Positions 18,309 to 26,900 of a stretch of 34,540 bases of DNA are shown here, piece by piece. Each line of letters opens with the position of its first letter. Positions within the stretch are counted from its first letter, which is position 1. The notes beneath the pieces are model-generated. The model did not search any database and had not been told where the DNA came from. It was given only the letters and a program-made list of their open reading frames with translations. Origin of the DNA: Rhizaria sp. SCN 62-66 (Eukaryota); NCBI GenBank assembly GCA_001724265.1, contig MEDY01000337.1, positions 1 through 34,540 of the forward strand. Reading direction: 5' to 3'. Both the position numbers and the translations under genes were made by a program.

Positions 18309-21300
18309 TCACACATTGTGCCTGTAGGAGCGCGCCCTCGCCACGGCCTCGCGCTCCCCAGGCGCCCACGAGCGCTCGAAAACGAGCATCTCCTTCTCGT
18401 CCTCGGAGTGCGAGTGGAAGAAGGGCGAACCCGCGGTCGGCAGGTAGCCCCACGCACGGAGGAACGGCTTGATTTCGCGCGCCACCGTGTCGAACACCAC
18501 GATGTACGTCGGGGCCAGCTCCACCGCCTTAATGACCCCACTTACGCCAGCGCCAGCGCCAGTGTTCGCCGCGGCAGGGCGGCACAGCGCGAGCGTGTGC
18601 GCGGACTTCATGCCCACCTCGTGCTTGTTGTCGGCGCTGTTGGCGCTTACGACACTGTACGCGCGCGACACAGCGCCCGCGAGCTGCAGCGACAGCGGGA
18701 CACGAGGCACATAGAGCCCGCCGTCGCCGTCGCCCGGCGCCGCGCCGCCCTCGCGCGGCCTGACTTCCGGCGCGGGCGGCCTGACTTTGAGTGCGAAGCG
18801 GAGCCGCGGGTCTTTCTCGATCGCCATCGCGTTGGCGGGCACGACGCCGCGCCAGCCGAGATGTCCGCATTCGCTCACACTGCCGTTACGAGTGTCTACG
18901 GCTGCCGCGGCCGCGTCGGCAGGGGACGGGGGCAGCCCGTAAAGCGCGAGCACGAGCGCGAGCGCATTGTCCTTCAGCAGGTTGGTCTCGGAGTCCTTGT
19001 TGTAGCCGTTCAGCATCGCACCGCCGCCGCTCTTGCCACCGCCGCCATGACTGCTGCCGCTGGTGCCGTCCCTGTTCGCGTGTGCGATGAGCGCGCCCGT
19101 ACTGGGGTCGAAGAGCGGCGCGCACTCGAGCTGCCGCAGCGCGACCCGCACCGTGACGCGCTGCTCGTACTTCGTGGTGGCACCCGTGACCGCGTGTTCC
19201 AGGCCGAGCCGCCTGCGCGCCGCGGCGGGGAAGTGCAGGAAGGAGCGATAGGGAGTCGTGTGGCACGGCAGCAGCAGCGCCACAGAGGCCGCCACCGCCA
19301 CGGCGTCGTACGCGGGCAGCGGCGGCGCGGCAGAGCGCAACAGCGCGGCCAGCGCGACGCTCGTGCTTCCGCTGCCTCTCGGCCTGCTGCCACTGCCGCC
19401 GCCGCTGCCGCCGCTGTTGTCGGCTGCGGCGTCGGCGCTGGCGTCGGCGCTGGCGGAGGTCTCGAGGAGCGCAAGCAGCGCCTGCTCCAGCTCCAGCTCG
19501 CTCATGCCCACGCCGATGCCGCCGCTCTTGCCGATCGCACTGTCACTGCCGCTGCCGCTGTCGCTGCCGCTGTCGCTGTCGGTGTGAGTGTATATCGGGG
19601 TGATGGTGACGCCCATGGGCAGAAGCTCGCTGGCGCCGCTGCTGCCCACATCGAGCTCCGCGTCGGCCTGGTAGTAGCGCCCAGCGCTGCCACCGCCACC
19701 GACCCCGACACCGCTCTCTCCGTCGCCGCTGCCGCTGCTGCTGCTCGCGGAGGTGAAGCGTCTGGCGACGGCGATGCCCGTGGCGGCCTCCAAGTGGCCA
19801 AGGCGCGAGACTACCGCGGCCGCGGCGGCCGCCTCGCCGCGCCGGCTGATCGCGTTGGCGACCGCGGACATCGCCGCGATGGGCGCGGACTGGTGCCAGA
19901 GGCCGAAGTAAGCCGCGGCGGCCCCCGACGCGGCCGCCACGAGCAGCAGCAGCGCCGCGAGGGACGCGCGCGTGACGTAAGGCCCCGCCGCGCCCGCCAG
20001 CGCCGCCGCCGCCGCCGACGCGAGCGAGCCGAGCAGACTGGGCTCATTGCCGCAACCGCTACCGCTGCCGCTACTGTTGCGCGCGTGGCTGTGGGGATGC
20101 GGGCGCGAGGCCTGCGGACGGGGACGCAGGCGCAAACGCTGCTGCTGGCTACGTGCTGCGTCTTTGCTCACATCTGCTGCAGTTGCGGCGGCGGCGCTCT
20201 CTGCGTTAGAGCGCGAGCGCGAGCGGACGCGGATAGGTCGCTTCGAGGGGCTGCCACCCATAGTGAAGGGGCGGGGGCGGGGAGGCTCATTGGCTGCGGC
20301 CTTAACAGCGCTCGTATTTGTAGTTCTGACAAAAAGGGCATCATTCGTCGCAGATGCAAACGACTCCAGCGTCGGGGGTGCAAGCGCAGACGCATTCGCA
20401 CTCGCGGGCGTCGGTGTCGCAGTCATCGAGGCTAGCGAAGACGACGACGACGACGATGACGAGTGATAGAGAGAGACAAAGCCGCTGGCGCTCTTGGTTC
20501 CCTGGCTCGCGCGCGCGCTGCCGCTTCCCGCAGCAGAAACGGTGGCGGGGGCGGGAACAGTGAACGACACCGGCGTGGATTCAACAGCAGCAGTTTTGCC
20601 GAGAGGACGCGGTGTACTCACGAGTGCACTGTTATGCCGCGGCGTGCTCGTAATGGCGGCACGCGTGATCATCGCGGACCTGCGCTCCGCTGCCCGCGCC
20701 GCCGCAGCCACGTGCGCGTCCGCGCTCACGGTCAGTGCCCCCGCCGCTCTTGACTTCGACTGCGCTCTCGCCTTAGGCAGTGCCGCAACGCCGTCCTCTG
20801 TTTGATCATAACCGTCATCATCTTCATCGTTATCATCCTCATCAGCGTCATCCTCATCGCCATCGTTGTCGAAATCAAGCGCAGCCACCGGCTCGTCCTC
20901 GCCGACGCCGCCAGCGCCCGCGTGTTGCGCGTGGTGTGAATGCGAGTGCGCGCGCGGGGAGCTGGACGGCGAGTGCGCCGCCCACAGGTACGCGCCCGCG
21001 GGCGTGCGCGTGACGGCGCCGCGGGGCGTGGCCGCGAACGCAGTACGAAACCGCGCCACCGACACCGCGGCCGAGGCCGCGGCCGAGGCCGAGGCTGAGG
21101 GCGTCGCGCCCCTGACAGGCGCAGTCGCAACGGCCGCGGCAGCGGCAGTGGCGGTGGTTGCAGTCGCTCTGTGCGCAGGCGAGCCCGCGGCGACGAGCTG
21201 CATCGCCGTCGCGGTCTGGCTGGGGTTCCGACTGTGGCTATGGCTATGGCTGTGAGTCGGGGAAGGGGAGCTGGTGGCCACGGTCAGGTGCTTGAACCCA

Positions 21301-23219
21301 GGGGTCGAGGGTGCGGCTTGACTTTGACTACCGACGTGATATTGGGGATCTAAGTAAGGCGCAACGCTGCTGGCTAATGGCGTCCCATGCGTGTACGTGC
21401 CCACAACCCCGGGGCGGCGGCTTAACTTCCCGCCGTGCTCATGACTATCGCCAGCGTCAACGTCGACATCGACAGTGATGGGCCTCAGGTTCGAGTTGTT
21501 TGCCCTATTGCAAGCCCCCTTCGCGCTGCTGTTGCTCGCGGCCGGAGTCTCGTTGAGAAAGCGCGCACAGACGCCGTAAACACAGTTGAACGCACGCAAG
21601 CACGACGACAGCAACGCCGAGCGGCTCTGCGGCTTGTACTGCAGCTGCTGCATTTGCTGTTGCTTGAGCTGTTTCAGCTGTTGCTGCTGCTGCTGGAGCT
21701 CCTTACGTTGGACGAAGCGCACGCAGCGCGCAATAGCGTAGCCGCTAACGGCCATCGCGGGCGGCAGCGAGGCCAGGATGAAGCGGAACTCCTTGTGCGC
21801 GCTGAAGCTGGCCACGACCGCCGGCCACAGCGCCGGCAGCAGCAGCCACGCGCTCGGCCGCCCACGGTCACTGCCACGCCCACGGTTACTGCCACAGCCA
21901 TCGCCACAGTCGCTACCGCTTACGTCCACTGCGTCGTCGTCGTCGTCAGCGCCGGCAGAGCTCGAGCTCGAGAAGGCGTTGCCGTTACTGCAGCCGCTGT
22001 CGTTGTGAGGGAGCAGCAGGAGCGCAGAGCCGAGCAGGACGAAGGGGAGGAAGGCCCCGGTGACTGTGGGCAGCGCGGCCGTAAACATCCAGTGCCAGGG
22101 GTGCGTGCCGTAGAGCCGCGCAACATCCTGGACCACGTTGAGGCGGAAGAAGTTGAGCCAGGAGGCGGTGAACACGCCGTAGTACGCGCGGTCCACGGCG
22201 AGGCCCAGAGTAATGACCGCGATGACAGCCGGGATCGCGCTGGCCAGCAGCAGGCGGCGGCGGGCGGCGGCGGTGGGCAGCGTGGCGAGGCGCAGCAGCG
22301 CGAGGGGCGCCCAGAGCAGCGCGGCCGAAGGCCTGAGCAGCGTCGCCAGGCCCATGAGCAGCAATGCCAGCAGCGCCTGCGGGGCCCGCGAGCGGAAGGA
22401 CTGGGACCGCGCGCGGGCTTGCAGCGCGAGGCAGGTGACCAGATCGGCGGCCGCGGCGCCGTTATCGTCGTCGTCGGCGGCGACGTTGTCGTCGATGCTG
22501 CTGCTGCTACGGACGATGGTGAGGGCGTTCTTACCGTTGTTGTTAAGCTCAGCACTCGCACCAGCACTCGCACTGAGGTGGCCACAGTTAGCTTCGGCGG
22601 AGCCCGGCGCGGCGAAGCCCCAGTAGTAGAGCGCAGCAACGGTGAGCGCGGCCTCTGCGCTGTTGGCGAAGGGCCGCACGTAGGCATACGTGCCGAACCA
22701 GGTGATGAGCTGGCCCACCAGCGCCCACTTAGCCGTCAGCACGTCCCCGCGCGCCCAGATGAGCGCGAGGCGGTACAGGTAGTAGTCGCCCAGGGCCGCA
22801 ACGCAGGCCTGCAGCGCGCGCGGCGCCCAGGCCACGACGGCGGTGCCGTCCAGCCCGAGCGCGGCCAGCACCCAGTAGAGCGCGGCCGTGGGCGCGGGGT
22901 GCAGGAAGGAGCGGATGCGCGCAGGCGGGAGCCATTCCCAGGTGAGGTAGCCCTCGCCAAAGACGGCGGCGTAGGCCACCTCCTGGTTCTGCCAGAACTC
23001 GTCCGGGCTGAAGGCCGTGCGCACGAGCAGCAGTCCGGTCAGCAGCCGGTATGCGAGGGCGAAGAGCAGCACGCGGGACGGCCGCCACGGCGTCTCGGAG
23101 AAAAACTGGGGTCGATATATCGCGGTGGCACAAAAATGCGAGGAAATGTTAGCAAGCAATTTACACAGAAGGCAAATACAGGTTTCTTGTGGTGACATGG
23201 TTTGACGTACGAAATTCAT
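18309..23219 (-). CDS. PIGB: GPI mannosyltransferase 3 (PIG-B/Gpi10, glycosyltransferase family 22), about 1601 aa after splicing
   Basis: Family motifs: RTAFSPDEFWQNQEVAY, GYLTWEW, IRSFLHP, RPFANSAE, YGTHPWHWMF, HKEFRFI, HQSAPI, LLPCHTTPYRSFLH, LRQLECAP, FFHSH, plus multiple hydrophobic TM segments. Model: exon 1 23219..23211 (MNF), exon 2 23105..18309. Confidence 0.93.
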   Translation of the reverse strand: MNFVRQTMSPQETCICLLCKLLANISSHFCATAIYRPQFFSETPWRPSRVLLFALAYRLLTGLLLVRTAFSPDEFWQNQEVAYAAVFGEGYLTWEWLPPARIRSFLHPAPTAALYWVLAALGLDGTAVVAWAPRALQACVAALGDYYLYRLALIWARGDVLTAKWALVGQLITWFGTYAYVRPFANSAEAALTVAALYYWGFAAPGSAEANCGHLSASAGASAELNNNGKNALTIVRSSSSIDDNVAADDDDNGAAAADLVTCLALQARARSQSFRSRAPQALLALLLMGLATLLRPSAALLWAPLALLRLATLPTAAARRRLLLASAIPAVIAVITLGLAVDRAYYGVFTASWLNFFRLNVVQDVARLYGTHPWHWMFTAALPTVTGAFLPFVLLGSALLLLPHNDSGCSNGNAFSSSSSAGADDDDDAVDVSGSDCGDGCGSNRGRGSDRGRPSAWLLLPALWPAVVASFSAHKEFRFILASLPPAMAVSGYAIARCVRFVQRKELQQQQQQLKQLKQQQMQQLQYKPQSRSALLSSCLRAFNCVYGVCARFLNETPAASNSSAKGACNRANNSNLRPITVDVDVDAGDSHEHGGKLSRRPGVVGTYTHGTPLASSVAPYLDPQYHVGSQSQAAPSTPGFKHLTVATSSPSPTHSHSHSHSRNPSQTATAMQLVAAGSPAHRATATTATAAAAAVATAPVRGATPSASASAAASAAVSVARFRTAFAATPRGAVTRTPAGAYLWAAHSPSSSPRAHSHSHHAQHAGAGGVGEDEPVAALDFDNDGDEDDADEDDNDEDDDGYDQTEDGVAALPKARAQSKSRAAGALTVSADAHVAAAARAAERRSAMITRAAITSTPRHNSALVSTPRPLGKTAAVESTPVSFTVPAPATVSAAGSGSARASQGTKSASGFVSLYHSSSSSSSSSLASMTATPTPASANASALAPPTLESFASATNDALFVRTTNTSAVKAAANEPPRPRPFTMGGSPSKRPIRVRSRSRSNAESAAAATAADVSKDAARSQQQRLRLRPRPQASRPHPHSHARNSSGSGSGCGNEPSLLGSLASAAAAALAGAAGPYVTRASLAALLLLVAAASGAAAAYFGLWHQSAPIAAMSAVANAISRRGEAAAAAAVVSRLGHLEAATGIAVARRFTSASSSSGSGDGESGVGVGGGGSAGRYYQADAELDVGSSGASELLPMGVTITPIYTHTDSDSGSDSGSGSDSAIGKSGGIGVGMSELELEQALLALLETSASADASADAAADNSGGSGGGSGSRPRGSGSTSVALAALLRSAAPPLPAYDAVAVAASVALLLPCHTTPYRSFLHFPAAARRRLGLEHAVTGATTKYEQRVTVRVALRQLECAPLFDPSTGALIAHANRDGTSGSSHGGGGKSGGGAMLNGYNKDSETNLLKDNALALVLALYGLPPSPADAAAAAVDTRNGSVSECGHLGWRGVVPANAMAIEKDPRLRFALKVRPPAPEVRPREGGAAPGDGDGGLYVPRVPLSLQLAGAVSRAYSVVSANSADNKHEVGMKSAHTLALCRPAAANTGAGAGVSGVIKAVELAPTYIVVFDTVAREIKPFLRAWGYLPTAGSPFFHSHSEDEKEMLVFERSWAPGEREAVARARSYRHNV
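23106..23210 (-). other. Intron 1 of PIG-B (105 nt, phase 0, stop-free)
   Basis: Minus strand TTC|GTACGT...TGCTAAC (branch point, 23154-23148)...CCCCAG|TTT; AT-rich relative to the exons. Confidence 0.75.
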
Positions 23220-23965
23220 TGTGGCGTGCTGGCACGTGATTATATAGTGATGAAAGAGTGTCAGTGAGTGTCCTCGATTGGAGCAGGCCCAGAGAGCGAC
23301 AGGAAGGTGTTGAGGAGCTGTGACTAGCGCTACCGCAAAGAGACGTGTGTTTAGCGCTGCGAAAAAACGCAAACACTCACAGAGAGCCTTGTTGTGATGT
23401 CTGTTGACTGGCTGGGCGAGGTTAGGTCGGAGCGAAGAAAGAGATTCGAGAGGGCTCGCCGACAACCCTGCAGAAAAATGGGAAGATGCAGGACGACGAG
23501 GACAAAATTTGTATATTCAATATGTGAACATATTTTGTAATCTAATACAATTGATATGAGCGCATTGACGTTCAGAATCTTGTGTAGATAGAAGTGAAAG
23601 TTGACCGACTCGAAGTGACTGTGGGTCAACAGCCCAACGGCCAGCTCGCCCGTTTGCGGCGGGAAATCGCGTGAACTCCCGCTTTATATTATGACTGTCG
23701 TGTAACGCTAATTGAGCTGAAATTACTTTGAATAGATTTTATGTGTTCTCAAATGTCTATATATGTTATTTATGTTTTACTTCCGATTGTAGATCCAGGG
23801 TATTGAGCGTGCGCAGTAGCCCGTCTTTTGCCCTCTCTTCCCTCCCTCCGCTCCCGCCTTCGATTAGCCCTGCCCTGCTCGGCAGCTCGGTCACTTTTCC
23901 CCAACAGAGCGACTCATTTCCTCAAAGCGTGCATTGCCCACGCGTATTCCCCCGTGTTAACAGTC
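23220..23965. promoter_or_regulatory. Divergent promoter/5'UTR region between PIG-B and Nup133
   Basis: AT-richer spacer between outward-facing starts. A central GC-rich patch contains GGCGGGAAA (23658-23666; reverse complement TTTCCCGCC, E2F consensus). Confidence 0.7.
23229..23380 (-). other. Probable upstream (5'UTR) intron of PIG-B (152 nt)
   Basis: Minus strand GTGAGT donor, CACTGAC branch-like motif and GCCAG acceptor 9 nt before the ATG. Confidence 0.5.
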
Positions 23966-26900
23966 ATGTACACTGTGCCCGCCACGCCCTACACGGCGCA
24001 GAAGCCCCCGCGCACCGGCGCCCGAGGCACTGGCCGGGCCACCTCCAAGAAGTACGCCTTTTTCCTTCCACATCATTATTAACAAATCCCTTTCAATTAA
24101 ATCTCAAATATATCTTATATCACAACATATGATCATTCTTTGTCTTGTTAATTTCTCCTTTAACTCATATCCCATCCTCCGCGTCGCGATATTCTTCCCC
24201 CAGGTCCAAGTCCCGCGCCCCCACCGCGGCCGCGCTGCCCGCTTCGCTGGCCCTCTCCGCGGCCTCTGAGTCGCCCCTGGAACTATTCTCCGCGCTGCCA
24301 CCGACTGTGGCGGCCGCGCTGGCGTCCTCCGCTGACGTCGACAGTTCCTCCGCGCGCGTCCTGGCCGACGGCTGGTGCTGCCTCGCCTTCGACTCCACCC
24401 TCCTCGTCTGGCACGCTGCCGCCTCCGCCGCCGCCGCCGCCTCTTCTGCCGCGTCGAACGCCTCCGCTGCTGCTGCTGGCGGGGACGCATACGCGATTGC
24501 GCTGCCACTGGCGCGCAACGTGTCGGAGGACGCGCTGCTCTCTGCGGCGGCGGCGTCTCTGCCTGCCGCGTCCGTGGCTTCGGCCCGCGCCTGTCTCTTC
24601 TCCCCCCTCACCTCGGCCGCCCCCGACGCGGACCCCGCGGCCTCCTCCGCCTCGGGCGCCGCGCCCGCCTCCGCGGCGCTGTCGGGCGCGTGCTACGTGC
24701 ACACGGACGGCCTCGTCCAGTGGTGGTCCCTCGCGCAGAGCCCCCGCGACGGCGCGCTCACGGTCACCGCCTCACACACCGCCAGCATCCCCCTCCGCTC
24801 TGCCAGTCACGGCAATGACGCGTCGCTCACCGCGACGGCGCGCGCGGCCGAGGTGGTGACGGCGGCAGCGGTGCTGGCGCACTCGGGTGCGGCGGCCTTC
24901 GCGCTGGCGGCCACCTCGCACGGCAACCTCCACCTCATCGCCGGCGCCGGCGCCGCCGCGTCGCCCGCCGCCGCCGCCGCCACGCCCCCCACCGTCACAG
25001 AGGTCTCCCGCCCCAGCGCCGCCTCTGCTGCGGGTTCTGGGGCCAGCGGCGGGGGGGCTCGGGGCATCATCTCGTCCGTCTTTTCCTGGCTCTCCAACAC
25101 AACTACACCCGCCAACAACGGCGACGGCGACGACGGCAGCGCCAGCGCCGGCGCCGACGACGGCGGGGCGGCGCTGGCCGCGGCGGGCGCGGCGGGTCGG
25201 GCGCCCTCGGGCGCGGACTCGGTCGCCGCCGCGGCCGTGACCGGCATCGTGACCTGCTTCGCCGTCGCCGAGCTGGCCGCCACGGTCTCCACCGACGGCA
25301 ACGGCGCGGGCAGCGGCGCGGGCGCTGCGGGCGACTCTAACAGCCGCAGCAGCAGCAGCAGCAGTGCGAGTCGGGGTCTCGGCAGTGGCGTCATGGTGAT
25401 CAAATCCCCCCGCAAGCGCTCTTCCCTCTCCAACTACACACATGCCCACTCTCACACCGCTACCACCGCTGCTCATCGTGGCGCTGGCAGCGAGGAGGAG
25501 GAGGATGAGGACGACGTGGCCGCGCGGACGGTGCTGCTGGTGACGCCGGCGCACCTGGTCGCCGTCACGCTGCCGTCCTGGCCCACTCTCCTCGCCGCCG
25601 CGCTCGCCAACAGCAGCAGCCGCCAGAGCAACAGCGGCGACGCGAGCGATGCGGCTTCGAGCGCGGGCGCGGCGGCCGTGGTGTCTGTGACCGCGACGGC
25701 CGCCGTGCCCGCGGCCGCGCTGGCCGCCGCCGTGGCTGTGCGCTGCGGGCTGCCTCTGTCCGCGCTGGGCCCGCTCGCGCTGCTGTCGGCCGACGTCTCC
25801 GCGACCAGGCTTGCCGTGCTCGTCGCCGCGCCCGCGCTGCCGCTCGCGCAGCGCTTCTTTGTGCTGCTACTCGACAAGCTCGCCGCTGACGCGCTGCTGG
25901 CCCCCCACGCTTCCGTCTCCGAGAGCAGTCATAACAGCCAGAGCCAGAGTCAGCGCCAGCGCCAGCGCCAGCCGGCGGGCACCGCCGCTGCCGCCGCTGC
26001 CGCCGCCGTGGCCGCCGTGGCCCAGGGCCCCGCCGCCGTCCCCGACTCCTCCTACTACAACGACGAGGACGAGGACGCCGCCGCGGCTGCTGCGGAGGCT
26101 GCGCGCCGCGCGGGCGAGGCGTGGTTCCTCGCCGCGCAGGCCCACCAGGTGCTGCCGGCGGCGGCCGTGCTCCCCGTCGCGCTGCCCGCCTGGGCCGCCG
26201 CAGAGCCCGCCGTCGCCGCCCGCCTCTCCACTATGGGCGCGGGGAGCGTGTTCCCCGCGCTCACGGTGACGTCGGCCGATGTGCCGTCGCCGGTCGTGGC
26301 GCTATCCCTAGCGGCGGCCGCCGACGGGGGCGGCGCGGCAGCCATGCTCACACAGGTATGTATATCAGGCAAATTTAGAGGGCTATATGCATTGGTTGTA
26401 ATATGATTTAGTTATATCTGTTAATTTAATCGCCTATGGATTTCATATTTCAAAACGAATGTGTGATTCTGTTTTTTTTATTACCCACTCAAACTGCTGC
26501 CTCAACAACTGTCAACCTTTGTTCTTCCCCCTGTCCAGGTCTACATCACGGCGCCGGGCATCGCGTTGGCGCTGCAGGCCCCGCCGCCGGGGCTGGTGCG
26601 CGACACGCACGCCGCCGCCGTGGCCGCCGCCGCCGCCTTCGTCGACAACGACAACGACGCAGATGCTTTCTCTGGCGAGAGCGCGTACGGCGTGCTGCAG
26701 GAGCTGGCGCAGATGGCGCCCGTGGACGTCACGGTCCCGGCCAGCTGCCCCACGCTGGGCGCGGGGGTGGTTTTTCCCTCGCTCGCAGCGGCCGTGGGGC
26801 CGCAGGGGAGCAGGTACGTGGGAGAGACAAGCAGGAAACAAATGATCTCTGTTCATTTCAATTGTTTAGTACTACTGTATGAGGAATTTTCTGTTTAAGT

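Noticed and set aside
23220-23465. N-terminal 82 codons of the 1718-aa ORF as part of PIG-B
   Set aside because: Non-ATG start, AT-rich composition and intron-like signals. Homology begins only after about 23100.
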